A DNA stretch of 64,000 nt from NCBI RefSeq assembly GCF_009914755.1, contig NC_060933.1; one strand, 5' to 3'. This document shows positions 1-16,129 of this stretch, piece after piece. The notes under the pieces are model-generated. The model saw nothing but the letters and a program-made list of their open reading frames with translations. It did not search any database and was not told the origin of the DNA. The DNA comes from the human T2T-CHM13v2.0 reference genome, Homo sapiens. The stretch's first letter is position 1; every line of letters begins with the position of its first letter. Made by a program: the position numbers and the translations under genes.

Positions 1-169
1 TAAGTGGTAAGCTTGCTGCCACTTGATTCAAATGCCTGCAGTTTCTTCTTTTGCAGATATTATTTACTCTCCACCTGCTGCCAGTCACGCACAAATTGTA
101 TAACACTGTAGACTGCTCCAACTCTCTGCCTTTTAAGCTGAAATCCCAATGCCAGTCATGTTAATTTAC

Positions 170-255
170 CTGAAAAGATGGACACACTCAGGTATCTCTG
201 AGCCAGGCAGGTTGGCCTTGTCTTAGGTCATCAACAACTTGTTTCAGTAGCGTGC
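170..255 (-). pseudogene. GC pseudo-exon: end of hinge / start of cyclase catalytic domain
   Basis: AG acceptor at 256-257 and GT donor at 168-169. Reads (S)TLLKQVVDDLRQGQPA..AQRYLSVSIF(F)S with two 1-nt deletions, matching the class III cyclase entry motif MLPxxVAxxLxxG....Y.SVTIxFSD. Confidence 0.9.
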
Positions 256-2023
256 CTATTTTTAGGTATGAATCCGAACAGTTAATTACCCTTAAGGAAA
301 AGGACACACGGGGGCCCACTGTCATGCCTGCAGCATCATTTTTTACATTGGCACTCTCGATTGTTCTGTCCTCCATACACAGTAAGTAGGGTATGGTTTG
401 CATGCTGTTTGCTGGGCCACAGTGGATTTGTACCAAGTCAAGTGTATTCCCTAACCCAGTCTTCCCCGGGGCCACTGTTGAGATGGGGTCAGGGGTGCTG
501 CTAGGAGTGGAGAGAGAGGAGAGTCAATTGGAGGAATGGAAGCTCTGCCTGCAACCTCATTAGGATCAACCTTTACTCATCTAGCACTTTGGTCATTGAG
601 ATTGACGCCTCCCCTAACTTAAAATACTTATTATGGGAACCAGGACCTCAGGGTGCGTTAAGCAGGCCCAGCTTCCACCCTGCAGTGATTTGCAATTTCC
701 TTGTTGGGAGCGGTGGCAGCATTGTTAGTTCAGAGAGCTGGGCTTTGCCCTTTTGGGAGGTTGTGGGGCTTTTTGCTCCCAAGAGGTGGCTATTACCTTC
801 CTCATGGGCAGTTTTTTTCTAAACAGGAAGCGGTGGATGAACAATTTTACCATGTCCTCCTCTAGTCTTGGGGATTAAAAATCTTAAGTTATTTGAATCG
901 TTAGGCTGTCGGAAGAAAAAAATCAACTAAGATCGCCATTCTGTCTACAGGGTGAAAACAAACAGAGTGATTTACTGGGCACATTTAGCACTCATTTCCC
1001 TTGCAGGAAGCTTGGGATCCCCTGGAGGGATAAAGGATGAATATTTATTGGAGCCTAATAATGGTGGAAAAACCTGATTTTGTATTTTTTTTTCTGTGAA
1101 AGAAATAGGGTGATTTTATATATTTCCCTTAGGAATTTCTGTCTCAATAGCGTTTTTGCTATACGTATTCATAATCTACCCTGGTAATATTGTCTGCTAA
1201 ATACTTATAAATGCAGCATGATCTGGCTATATTGCTTCATCATTAATTGAGGAATATAAAATGCAGTCAGGCCTCCAATCAGTGTTTACAGAGCACCTAC
1301 CATGTCCCAAGCACTGGACTAGGCACTGAGGGATGTAAAAATGAACAAAATTTAGTTATGCCACACAAGAATTATATAATCCTGCTAGATAAACAGAAAT
1401 GTGTACAGTTAATCACATACGTATACTACTTGAATATAAAAGTCAGGCTTGCCATGGCCAGGAGAAGGTTTAAAGGGTTACACAGGAAGTATTGACATGT
1501 TTCTACCCAAAGGGGGGATATCTTTTATTTCATATAGATTTAGAAAGTTATTCATCTCACCAAAAGGAAGAGATTAACTCATCCAGTCTACAGAATAGGA
1601 CTGGCAAAGACCCCAAAGGCTTATGAAAATGAATAACTTGGATTAGCTTGGTTCTTCATTTTTGAGCTGCCTTTGAGAATATGGATGAAAACACGGGTCC
1701 TCTCCTGGAAAAATGCACATATATACCCAGTCTTGCATGTAATTTCAGGGATACATGGGCCACTTGAAACTTCAACATGGACTGTCTAGAGCACCACCAA
1801 ATTAGATAAGCAGACAAAAGAGCCAACAATGACATTCTAGTAAACATCAATATTTAGAAGTAAAAAGGCATTTAGAGGAAGTCAAACAGAGAAGAGCCAT
1901 TGAAAGAAACTATGGCATTGTCAGAATTGAGTTGCACTGTGGGGGCTATTCATCCAGGGCAGCTCTCTGGGTCATCAGGCATCACCAGTTGGTAAAATAT
2001 CCATGTAAATGCAATAAAATAGA

Positions 2024-2398
2024 TGCATTAGTCTGTTCTCAGGCTGATAATAAAGACATACCTGAGACTGGGTAATTTATAAAGGAAAGAGGATTAATAG
2101 ACTCACAGTTCCACATGGCTGGGGAGGCCTCACAATTATGACAGAAGGCAAGAAGAAGCAAGTCATGTCTTACATGGAAGGCAGCAGGCAAAGAGAGAAA
2201 TGAGAGCCAAATGAAAGGGGTTTCCCCTTATAAAACCATCAGATTTCATGAGACTTCTTCACTACCACAGGAACAGTATGGGGGAAACCTCCCCCATGAT
2301 TCAATTATATTCTGCTGAGTCCCTCCCATAATATGTGGCAGTTATGGGAGCTACAATTCAAGATGAGATTTGTGTGGGGACACAGCCAAACCATATCA
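2024..2398 (-). mobile_element. THE1-type MaLR solo LTR
   Basis: TG...CA ends with typical THE1 sequence and a 5-bp TSD ATAGA (2019-2023, 2399-2403). Confidence 0.9.
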
Positions 2399-2916
2399 AT
2401 AGAGAAAAATGTATTTACCAAAAACTCCTCTAGAGGGGCTTACCATATATGACTGAATGGAATACTTGGATAGCCCACTTGGGAAAGCAATGACACCTCT
2501 AAAGGATATACTCTCTAATAACATAGTCACCAAACTGCCTTCCTAGGAAGACAGGTCAGATTAACTACTTGGCTTTTGTTTTCCTGAGTAGACTCTGTAG
2601 GGTTGGGGCCAAAGCTGAACTGCTTGGGGTAGGGCTGGGGTAGTGAAAGCTGGGAGGCTTTTTTGCCTTCAATCCTATCTAGTCAGTACACACTTCCCTC
2701 TCTCCATCATCATTACCACCATCATCACAGTCATTATCAACATCATCACTAACACTTGTTCTACTCCAGGCGCTATCTAAATACTACACAGACTAACAAT
2801 GAATGCTCACAACTCTCCTATGATGTAGACATTATGATGTCCATTTTATAGGTGAGCAAGATGGAAGAGATGAAATTTAAACACAGGGAGTCTAAATCTA
2901 GAGCCCTTTTTCTTAG

Positions 2917-3253
<337 letters not shown>

Positions 3254-3665
3254 AATAAAACAATTTTAAAGGACAGAAAACTTTGAGACTTCCCAGGTTG
3301 CCCATATGCCTTGGTTTGAGCCTATATGTTTTAGACCTTCCTTGAGTCAGAGAAGATGGAGGAGAAATAAAAGAGCATTGTGTCCTAGAAGCCAAAGGAC
3401 AAAAAGAATAGAGTGATAACTTTCTCAAGTTTTTAGAGACGTGACCTAGGGTGAGGACTGAAAAGTAACTGTTGGTGTAAGTCATGGCCTTGGCGAGGAC
3501 AGTTCCTATAGAGTGATGCGGGTGCAGATTGCAAAGGGTTGAGGAGCAAATGAGAAGTGGAGAGGAATCATTGAGTAGATACTACTTTTTCAAATTCTTT
3601 AGACAAGAGGACAGAAAACAAATCTACTTTGGGATGAGGAACATCAAATTAAACCCACCTACCAG

Positions 3666-3822
3666 CTGGCCATGGTGGCTCACACCTATAATTCCTATAA
3701 AGCACATTGGGAGGCTGAGGTGGGAGGATTGCTTGAAGCCAGGAGTTCAAGGTTGCAGTAAGCTATGGTTGTGCCACTGCACTCCAGCCTGGGCAGCAGA
3801 GTGAGACATCACCTCTAAAAAA
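3666..3822 (+). mobile_element. Alu monomer (FAM/FRAM-like)
   Basis: Single Alu arm followed by an A-rich tail. Confidence 0.8.
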
Positions 3823-4254
3823 ATTAATTAATTAATTTAATTAAATAAACCTCCCTGCTCTGCTCTTTTGTAGGAGAACATTTGTGGCACTCCTATTAAA
3901 AACTAGGCAATAAGTTTCTTATCGTCATCTCACTTAATTTTCACAATAGACTCATTAGGGTTATCTCCCACATTTTACAGATGAAAATACAGAGGCTCAA
4001 AGGGATTGAGTCACACAGCCAAGAAAGCGGCAGAAGCCAACTCTGAACTCAGGATGGTCTGGTTCTGAAACTCCTGACATTTCACTTAATTAAAAGAAAG
4101 GAAGACTGCACATATTTATAAACTGAGGTGAAAGAGTTAGAACCAAAGGAGACACTGGGGTTATGGGGTGCAATGGAGAAAGAAAATAACCGATGGTGCA
4201 AGGCCCACTAATGATTTCCTTTCTACTGGGTCCTTCCTTCAGCTATTGCATCTC

Positions 4255-5750
4255 CTAAATTTAATAAAAGTCTGTTGACTACTCAAGCTACAGTTTCATT
4301 TCTCTACTCCTCTTTAGAGCAAAACTCCTGAGAAGAGTTGCCCAAACTTGCAGTCTCCCTCCACTTCTTCTTGCCCTATTGTCCCCTGAACACACTCCAA
4401 AGCAGGCTTTTTCTCCTCCACACTCCCTGGAAACTGCTCTTGTTAAGGCCACCAGGGATCTCTCAACTGTCACATGCAGAGGGTGATTTAAGAATCAACT
4501 TTACCTTGCTTGGCCAGCCATGGTATTTAACACAGTTGACCACAGTTCACTCCCTTCTGCGGGAGATACTTTCCTCACTTGGCTTTGGGGACACTGCCTA
4601 ATCTTGATTCCTGCCACCCTATCACAGTCCCCCATGCTGGCTTGTCTTCTCTCTCTCTCCCAAGCCTCAACATTGAGGGACCACAGTGTGCAGTTGGCAG
4701 ATCTCTTCTCTTCAGTATCTATATTCACTGTTCTAGAGGAGCTCATGCGGTCTCATAGTTTAAATATACAATCTTATCAGTATATGCTGATTACTCTCAA
4801 ATTTATATACCTAGCCTGGAACTCCTTCTTGAACTCCAAATTTGTATAGCCAATGCTTAACAGACATCCCCACTTGAATAGCTAATAGTCTTCTTGAAAT
4901 AACATGTCCCAAATTTTGATTTTTCTTCCCAAAAGTGACTTCTTTCCAAGACTTTAGGAAACAGCAACTCCACGCTCTCAATGGCTCAAGCCAAAAATAT
5001 ACAAAGCATCTTTGATTCCTTTCATTCATATTGCACATCCAAGAGCTAATCCAAGAGCAAGTGCTATAATATCTAACTCTAAAATAAATCCTGTATTAGA
5101 CCACTTCTCACTAATTTATTGCTACATCCCTAATTGAAGCCAGCATTACCCTTCCTATGGACTTAACCTCCTAACTGGGCACTCTGACTCCACATTTACC
5201 CCTCCTACCATCTTCTTTACTCAGCAACCAAAACATTCATTATAAAAACAGAAGTCAGATCATATTTTTCCTTTGCTCAACCCTCCAAATGCTTCTCACA
5301 GCACTCAGATATCTGTAGTCCTTACTAAGGTAATGGACTTAAGCCAAAGCCATGCTTAAGCTTGTCCCAGCTGCCTCTTATACTTTATCTTCTACTTCTT
5401 TACCCTGCCATCCCACTCACCAGCCTGCTTGCTGTCCCTCAAATTTGCCAACCATGTTCCTACCTCTGCTACTCCTGCCCCTCTGCCCCTAGAAGTCACT
5501 CAGTTCATTTAGGGATCTGACCACACCATAGAAAACAGCAGCCCCAGTCACTCTCTCACTCCTTACATGGTTTTACTCTCCTTCTTGCATTTATCATCAC
5601 CTGATGTATCACATATTTATTTACTAGTCAGTGCCTTTTCTGTCTTCCTCCACTAGACTATAAGCCCTGGTGAACTGCTGTATTGTCTGCCTATTACAAT
5701 ATCTAACACACAGCAGATAATTAGTAAGCATTTGTTCAATGTCTAAATAA
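4255..5750 (+). mobile_element. LINE-2 3' fragment
   Basis: Degenerate L2 ORF2/3'UTR motifs through the tail region near 5720-5750. Boundaries approximate. Confidence 0.75.
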
Positions 5751-6037
5751 AAGGAAGCAGAAGGATGGGTTTCAGAACCCAAGTGAAGAGGTTGACCTCA
5801 GAAAGTGGAAGGCACAGCTCTTCTGTTTGCAGAATAAGAAACGCGGTAGAGATGGGCCTTAATTTGGTAAGTTTCATGATAGTTGGAAGTCAGTCAGTTT
5901 CATACTTTAGAACCTGTAATTGGGAAGACATGGTGGTAAAGCCAGTTGATTCGTTGGGAATGAGGAGAGATGAGATTAAAAAGGGATGTAAGGAAGAAGT
6001 AAAGATTAGTAATGGCCATCATGGCAATTAGGGATAG

Positions 6038-6553
<516 letters not shown>

Positions 6554-6598
6554 TGAATAAAAAGCATGCCAGGAATAGCATGCCCCATTAATCTTTAA

Positions 6599-6745
<147 letters not shown>

Positions 6746-7044
6746 TAACAACTGTCAATGTCCAAGGTGTGTGAAAGATGCAAAGCTGCTAAAAAGACTG
6801 TAAAGGAACAAGCTGAGCAGTGGGAGGTGAACCAGGAGAGAGGGAGTAGGGAAATCCATGGAGAAGAGAGTTTCAAAAAGAAGAGAGAGGTCAGCCATGT
6901 CCAGTGCTGAAAAGAGGTCAAAAAGAAGAACCAGTTATCCCAATTGGTTACTAAAGAATTATGGGTTTGGCAATTACTGTGCTACCAGATGTTTACTGAT
7001 TTTAGTGCATTAAAACAATGCTTAGTTTACTTATTAAACTGCTA

Positions 7045-7220
7045 GTCAGTAGTTTTCCAAGCTGGTTGCATATTAGAATCCACCAGTGATCTTTTAAAAT
7101 ACCAATGCCTGAATCTTCTCCCCAAATAATTATAGCAGAATGTCTGACAGGTGGGGCACAGGCATTAGTTTATTATAACAGCCCCCAGAGGATGGTAATG
7201 TGCAGCCAGAATTGAGAAAT
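7045..7220. mobile_element. MER5A-like hAT MITE
   Basis: CAGTAGTTTTCCAAG...ATTAGAATC...TGCAGCCAGAATTGAGAA pattern. Confidence 0.65.
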
Positions 7221-7401
7221 TCTGTGTGAGGGGGAGCTGGGCTTTCTACAATAACACATGGGGAACCTCTATGCCTGGTACATTCTGGGCAATCCTAGCC
7301 CAACCAACAAGATTATAAACCAGGGCAGAGGACAGAAAACTTTGGACCTGGAGATAATCGGAACAATCTGTTGAGATGCTGGCGGACCTTTCCTAGGTAC
7401 C

Positions 7402-7777
7402 TGTATTAGTCTGTTTTCACACTGCTATAAAGAAATGCCTGAGACTGGGTAATTTACAAAGGAAAGAGATTTAATTGACTCACAGTTCTGCATGGCTGGA
7501 GAGGCTTCAGGAAACTTACAAGCATGGCAGAAGGCAAAGGGAAAGCAGACACCTTCTTCACAAGGCAGCAAGAGCAAGGGAGAGAGTGAAGGAAGGAGGA
7601 ACTGCCAAACACTTTTAAAATGATCAGTTCTTGTGACAACTCCCTCACTATCACGAGAACAGGATGGGGGAAACCACCCCCATGTTCCAAACACCTTCCA
7701 TCAGGTCCCTACCTCCAAACATAGGGATTACAATTCAAGATGAGATTTGGGTGGGGACACAGAGCCAAACCATATCA
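7402..7777 (-). mobile_element. THE1D/MSTA-type MaLR solo LTR
   Basis: TG...CA ends and TSD GTACC/GCACC. Confidence 0.9.
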
Positions 7778-7889
7778 GCACCTAAGCCTGAGGATGTGAC
7801 GGCCACTCTCTCTGCCAGGTACCTTCTACTGACTTGCTTCCTTGGTTTGGCAGATCATTAAAACAAAGATCCTACTTGATTCACTTATA

Positions 7890-8120
7890 AATAATAATAG
7901 TAATAGTATCTATTACCCTATTTGTACCAAGCATTTGCTGAGTGTTACATGCATTAACTCATTTAACATGAAGGATACTCCTATGGAGTAGGTATAGTTT
8001 CTAACCCTATTTCACAGGATAAAGAAATTGAAGCTCACAAAGTGACTTGCCCAAGGGTCATGAAGCTAGAAGAAAGCGGAGCTGGGATACTTGTCCGTTC
8101 CAGTTCACTTCACAACCCAA
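7890..8120 (-). mobile_element. MIR
   Basis: MIR core (…GAAATTGAAGCTCACAAAGTGACTTGCCCAAGGGTCA…). Confidence 0.7.
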
Positions 8121-8596
8121 GCTCTGATCCGTCTCTATGTCATACCGGTTCCCTTCCACCATGGGAGTTGGAATCCTCAACCTGCCTGAGCGCCTGCCCT
8201 GCAGCCTCCAAGGAGGGCTGCTCTCCCAGCTCCACTTCCCCAGAGTCTGGACACTTCCTTCCAAGACTCATGCACAGCTGCCTGAGATCCAGTGCTGATA
8301 TGAAATTATTTCCTTGGCATTCGAGGTAGAGATTTGTCTTTTACCTTTACCCTTTGACACACAGTAACTTCTGCTAAAGGGACTGAGAATTACTGAAATC
8401 CTAGTACAAATGAGAACTGATCCTTAAAAATCCATGTAAGCAGAACATAAAATTCTAAAACAAAGATGTAAAATTGTCATTTCCATGGCTTCAACAATTA
8501 GCTCTCAGAAAAGAACACTTCAGAGAAACAAGTAGAAATGTATGAACTAACCAAATCAGTATTATTGACACTGTACTTCAATATAGCATTACTTAC

Positions 8597-8689
8597 TACA
8601 GAGCAGGTGGTCCGTTTTGTGTTTTTCATGCATTAGGTCATGGGTCCTTTCTGCCACAATGCTTTCAGGTGTTTGCTGTACTTCTCCAT
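8597..8689 (-). pseudogene. GC pseudo-exon: coiled-coil hinge/dimerisation segment
   Basis: AG/GT(AAGT) boundaries. Reads MEKYSKHLK(A)IVAERTHDLMHEKHKTDHLLC with a 1-nt deletion (93 nt instead of 94), matching the ME.Y..LE..V.ERT..L..EK.KTD.LL hinge. Phase 1 joins the 170-255 exon. Confidence 0.93.
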
Positions 8690-8968
8690 CTAAGCATTAA
8701 TCACAAAGGGAAAATACTTCATAGGAACACGGTGCTCCCTGTGTATTAATTTCTGACTCTTTGAAAGCTCCTAAAAGGCAGGGGAATTTCAGTAGGGGGC
8801 TACTGGGCTTGTAATTATTATCCGCTTGGGATCTAATAACCAAGCCAGCTGAGTGCTCCCTGTGAGGGGGTGCACCACTGAGCCTTGCCCTGAATGCTAT
8901 GGTAAATCCATACCTGAACAAGTGAGCCTCAATCAGCTACTTGTGTGCAGTTCAGGAAGAAGGCTTAC

Positions 8969-9087
8969 CAAGGGCATCATCATGTATGGCACACTATCTT
9001 TGTTGGGATTTATTTTGTTTAAAGCTTCTTTATTTGCTGAAACACAGGTCTTTGGTATGAGCTGTTTTTCCTGCACCTCCTAATAAG
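8969..9087 (-). pseudogene. GC pseudo-exon: kinase-homology subdomain XI
   Basis: Reads LIRRCRKNSSYQRPVFQQIKKL(L)NKINPNKDSVPYMMMPL with a 1-nt deletion. Donor GTAAGC is intact; acceptor is mutated to AC (9088-9089). Confidence 0.88.
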
Positions 9088-9448
9088 GTGCAGTGTTTAA
9101 AAGTAGCAATCAAACACTGATTTGTCAATATTCTAAATAGAGTTGCAGAATCATCAATCTGTAAATCATCTAGTCCCAGGTTTCTCTGCCTCTTTTGACC
9201 TTAGTCCCATCAGCCAAGAAAATTTGGTTGAGCTTTACTTTCAGTAGCTTGAACTCCAAAATCAATGTGTACAATTTTTGTTCATTTTACAAATACAGAA
9301 CTTGATGATAAAATCCAGTGTGCTTTTCCAGATCACATATGATGCATGCTCTTATGGGGGACTGTTCCCAATTCAGATATGCTACTTGTGCTGCCCCTTG
9401 GACTCACTAATGTAGTAACCATTTTTTTATTTTAAATATAAGAAAACT

Positions 9449-9760
9449 GGCCAGGAGCAGTGGCTCACACCTGTAATCCCAACACTTTGGGAGACCAAGG
9501 CAGGAGGACTGCTTGAACTCAGGAGTTTGAGACCAGCCTGAGGAACATAGTGAGACCCTGTCTCTACAAAAAAAATTTTAAAGATTAACTGGGCATGATG
9601 GTGCACACCTGTGGTCCCACTTACTCTGGAGAATGAAGTGGGAGGAAAGCTAGAGCCTGGGAGGTCAAGGCTGCTGTGAGCTGTGATCAGGCCACTGCAC
9701 TCCAGACTGGAAGACAGACTGAGACCCTGTCTCAAAAAGTATAAAAATAAATAAACAAAG
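9449..9760 (+). mobile_element. AluJ
   Basis: Diverged Alu dimer with TSD AGAAAACT. Confidence 0.9.
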
Positions 9761-9847
9761 ACGAGAAAACTAAGGCCCAGAGATGCTAGAATGCCAGAAG
9801 CCTGGGATTTGAGCTCATGAGGGTAATTAATGCCATGGCTGGAGCTA

Positions 9848-10220
<373 letters not shown>

Positions 10221-10763
10221 TTAGACAAATCATAATAAGCCTAAATGAGTGTCTAAATCTCCAAGTGACGGGTGTTACGGCACTACAGCTGTGTCTGCGA
10301 TGGGGCATGCTGCATATACAAGTGTGCTTGCTTTGTTTCATCGTGGGTCACTTTGTCATGTTTTGATGGCACCAGAGCTCTCTGGGAATGCTGGGCTCAC
10401 GTCTCAGGATTCTGCCATGGCTCCTCTCTCTGCTCTTCTCTCTATAAACATTCTCCCTGAGAAGGTTACATCTTCATCCACATCTGCATTATAGCCCTAC
10501 AGTGCTGGTTCCCAAATTTCTCCCTCCATCTGAACCTCTACCCCAAGCTCCTAACACATATTCCGATTGCCTGCTGAATCATCTGCACCTGGAGGTAGAT
10601 TCCAAAAAGCCAGAAAGACACCAAGAAATTGTTACTTAAGGCAACAGCTTACTCCTGTCGATATATCTCTTTCCAAGACATAAACCATGAGCTTGTGGTT
10701 AGACAATGGGATGGCTTCTGAGTCAGCACCCATCAAATAACCTTTCCCTCCTTACTTCCTGCC

Positions 10764-10868
10764 CTCTGCATACTCTGAGGGGCAAGGATAGTGATTCTCA
10801 GGCTTCCCTGTGATCAGCAACTCAAGAGGGAGACATAAGGAATGCTCTTCAGAATAACGCTCTTCCTT
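10764..10868 (-). pseudogene. GC pseudo-exon: kinase-homology subdomain X
   Basis: 105 nt, open: KEERYSEEHSLCLPLELLITGKPENHYPCPSEYAE. Strong pyrimidine tract and AG; donor position reads GG. Phase 0/0 fits both neighbours. Confidence 0.78.
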
Positions 10869-11019
10869 CTATGGGAGGGGAGAAAAGAAATGAAGAAAAA
10901 TAGAAATAACATAGCATTCAAAATAATTAAAACAGAACCATGTGCTCAACTACTTTAGAGCAAAAATATAATTTAACCCTTCTGAAAGCTAGTCTCACCT
11001 TCACTGATTTATTTATTAA

Positions 11020-11575
11020 TTCATTCAACTAACATTTATTGAGTACCTACCTTGTGCCAACTGTGTTCTGGACACTTGGGCTACAGCAAGGAGCAAAGAG
11101 TGTATAGTCTGTGGTTGGGTGGAGAAGATAGCGATCAACCAAACATATATAATTCAACAGTTGGTGATAAGACAACAGAAGAAGACAGCATAGGCAAGTG
11201 AGTCTGTATCAGTGATGGACCATGGAATCTAAGCCAGGTTCAGAAAAGGAGGCATGGGAGGGGTGAGAGGCAGTCAAGTCAATGGGTTGGATGTCCCAGC
11301 CTGATCCATTGGTGGAACTGGGAAACTAAAGGGAATTTGCTAGAAAAATAGGAGCAGGAGGCCAAAGAGTAAAATGGTGACATTGAAATTGTGAGGGGGA
11401 TCCAATGATAGGTAATGAAACTGTCTCGCTGTTATACAGTATGAGTAGCTGAGGCAAAATGAAGGAAAAGATCATGGGAGAAGATGGGGTTGAAGAACTG
11501 ATGGGCCAGATATTGGACACATCGTCCTTCGGGATACTGACATCACCCAAAATCATAATGGAAGTAGTGTTGGAG
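11020..11575 (-). mobile_element. LINE-2 fragments
   Basis: L2 tail (TTCATTCAACTAACATTTATTGAGTACCTA) and a degenerate endonuclease-like segment (ORF 11326..11556). Confidence 0.65.
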
Positions 11576-12578
11576 AAAGAGGAATGGGGAGCCCAGGGCT
11601 GAATTTATATCCTTCCTCCAGAGAACTAAATGGGAGTGAGAGAGTGCACTGGAGTCTTAAACAGGTCTCTTAATCTCAGTTGCCTTGTCTGGAAATAAAA
11701 TGGCACAAATAATCTATAAGGTGACTTCCAGGTGTCCCCAAAGAGCAAGCTAAAATGGTTGATTCAACCCCTGAGTCTCCTCCTGACAGGAAAAAAAAGG
11801 GGGGTCAAATTAGCAAGTGTATCCATTTATCTGTTAAACAGCACTTAGAATTACACTGCGAATTAGGCCTGCTTATATGAAATCCACTCTAGAGCCTTTT
11901 CTAAGTGCCTTAATTAACCATGACAGAAAGAAAAGTCCATTCTGCCACCCATGTGTGTCTCCTTCTTTCCACTGTGTCATTCCCACCATTTAAGAGGTAA
12001 CAGTGCTCCTTTCTGATCAACTGTGGCTTCCACAACCTGGCACTTACGAATCTCCACCAAAAGGCCCCTCCTAGATATCCAGCATTCCACGGGCTCCCCA
12101 GCACAGACTGATGGCTTCTAACAACACTGGTCGGTCCCTTACTCCCCAGACACATACTCGGCTTCCTCCTGTGGAGGACAGGGTGCAGTCAGCCTAGTCC
12201 CTGACATAGACTTGTTCCATATATGCTTATTGCTCTGTATAGAAATGACCTCACTCATCTGCATTTGTCTGAGAGAGTGCTTTCAGATACAAACAACAAA
12301 TGGTGACTACTATGATCCAGTCCTCATGAAGAATGGTAGGTTTTTTTTATTGGTTTTGTTTTGGGTCTCTGTGGAACTACACTTAAATTGCAAATACAAG
12401 GTTGTTGTTGAAAATTAATTTACTTAAACACACATTGCAGCTGGTGGTAACCAGATGATTGGGTGAAAATTGGAACAGTGTATGAACCCAAATAATGTCA
12501 TAATTGGCATAAAATGAATTCTTCGTTTTAGTCAAAATGTCATGATTTTTCTGATCTGAAAGTTGAGGCAGATTTTTC

Positions 12579-13230
<652 letters not shown>

Positions 13231-14003
13231 GCAGCAAGATCAGTTAATAATGTTAGCTTGTGCTGGTTGATATTCCCACACCCCTTAATTTATCTGTTAA
13301 ATGGCAATTAGAAGCACATGAAACCATTGGTTAACATACACAATTCCCGAGGGTTTTACAATTCAAATAATGCAATGAAAAATGATTTCAAAGAACCAGG
13401 CTCTACCTCACTCACCTATTTCTCTTATAAACAATAGCTTTATGACAGTTTTGATCTGTGTTGAAAATGTGTATATTTCTGACCCACAAGAATTTATAAA
13501 CCTAGAGGTAAATTTCTTAAAATAAATAAACAAAACCTAACAGAAAAATTTATTGGAGGATTCACATCCTGGGGCACAAAATCCGTGCTCAAAATCATTA
13601 TGATTAGAATATGGTCAAATGAAACAGATCCCAAAGGATCCCCATGTTCCGGATGTAGCCAGAGTATTTTTAGTTATGGTCTCTTTCAACTCAACATATC
13701 TAAATTTGGATAGGGGAAACTCACCCTAATAGCCAGAAGACTTTACAGTATGAGACTTTTTCAAACAAAAAGCATATGCTATTCTAAATATATACTAAAA
13801 TATACATTATATCTATGGATGTATCTATATATGTATGCATATATAGATATAGACATATATATCATATTCTTTCTTAAACATATATGAACAAATCAGACAC
13901 AACGTAATTCTCTGGCTAGGGCAGAGCACACTGTTCACAGCTGAATGACTGAGAAACAGACTTCTTGATGGTTCACTTGAAAATGTGTTTAATAGAGTCT
14001 TAC

Positions 14004-14050
14004 TGAGACTGGGTCACTGGATGTGGCGATCTCCAACAAAATGACAGCAG
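14004..14050 (-). pseudogene. GC pseudo-exon: kinase-homology subdomain IX
   Basis: TTTTTGCAG acceptor and GTAAGA donor. Reads AVILLEIATSSDPVS, continuing DVYS(Y/F)xxIxxEI, with an apparent 2-nt deletion at the start. Confidence 0.85.
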
Positions 14051-14306
14051 CTGCAAAAAGACACACGGCTCATTTTGATGTAAAATCTCTCATCCAGAGC
14101 AAATTAAAAATCCACACATCTTCCCATCTCCTGTGAAAGCAGAGCCACTGTTGGCAGAGACAGTAAAGATATGGCCTAGGTGAGCTTGGCTATACCCACA
14201 TTTCTGAATTCTACCAGGTCATAATTATCCAAAAAAAAAAAGGGTAAATATTTCTTCCAAATAAATCAGATTCACTTGTACATATGTCACATTTAAAAAT
14301 AAATTT

Positions 14307-14620
<314 letters not shown>

Positions 14621-15074
14621 TTAAATTATAATTAAAATTAATTTAGTTGTCCATAAACTTGTCTATAATTGTAGACTATAAGTTATTCATTAGGACATTT
14701 ACATTACTAATATCCACTAGACTATGGATATCAGCCTGAACTTTTTTGTTTGTTAGTTATACTCACAAGAGATAATGTTAAAAATAACTTTTCCCAATTA
14801 CTCATGTGTGTTAATTTTCATTGTGGTGTTATATAATCACATGTAGGTATTTCCTTCTAGTACTTCTAAAGTTTCATTTTTTCATATTGAAAGTATAAAC
14901 CTGTCCCAAATTAATTCTGGTGAAGGGACCTGATGTTACTTTTGCCAAATGTTCAGACAGTTGTCCTGAATCCTTTATTTAAACAATCTCTCCTTTCCTC
15001 ACTTATCTGAGATTTCATTTTTATCAAATACTAAATTATCAGATCCATTTCAGGATTACCTATTCTATTTTTTC

Positions 15075-15436
<362 letters not shown>

Positions 15437-16129
15437 TAATTTTTTAACTTTTCGTTGAGGTTTATATTAAAAAGTGCACAAAGCATAAGTGTACCACCGA
15501 TGAATTTTTATAAACTGAACACACTATGACACCAGCTCCCAGATGCCAGCCCCCCAGAGCCCTCCTCAAGCTCCATCCCAGTCACTGCACACACACACAA
15601 ACATACACAGGGTAACCACTATATTCACTTCCGACAACTGAGGTTAGTTTTGCCTGTATTTGTCCTTTATATAAATGGAATCGTGCAGCAATACCAAGCT
15701 ATTTTAATTATAATTTTCTAGTCCTTTCCTAACTTTCTCATGGTTATTCTCACATATCTTGTCTTGACAATGTGAACTTTATCTGTGCCCTCTGCTCCTG
15801 GAAGACAGTGACAGTCAGCTTTTCAGAACCTATAACATGGTCCCAAATCCACTTCCATCTTTTCCACTTTTTAAAATATGTGTTTGTTTTGCGCATTTTA
15901 TTGGTTTGGTTTTATGTCAAGGGCAGAAACAAGGATAAAAACAAGTCACAGTTTGACTCCTTTCATTGATGTCCAGTCCTCTGAGAGTTGTCATCCAATT
16001 GGAAAAAAGGTTCTTAGCCACCAAGCTGGGAAGCCACTGGCTCCAGTGCCTCCCAAGCACCCATCAAGTCTTGAAGCGTCATGACCCTGACATTCACACC
16101 TTCTTCACCAGATGTCAGCAGAGGTAGCT

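Noticed and set aside
68-106. Splice-flanked segment (SVIQFVRDWQQVE) as the next cyclase exon
   Set aside because: It does not match DIVGFT, and the implied intron would be only ~63 nt.
1656-1850. 64-aa ORF with a signal-peptide-like N-terminus
   Set aside because: It is short, has no recognisable homology, and lies between two GC exons that join directly.
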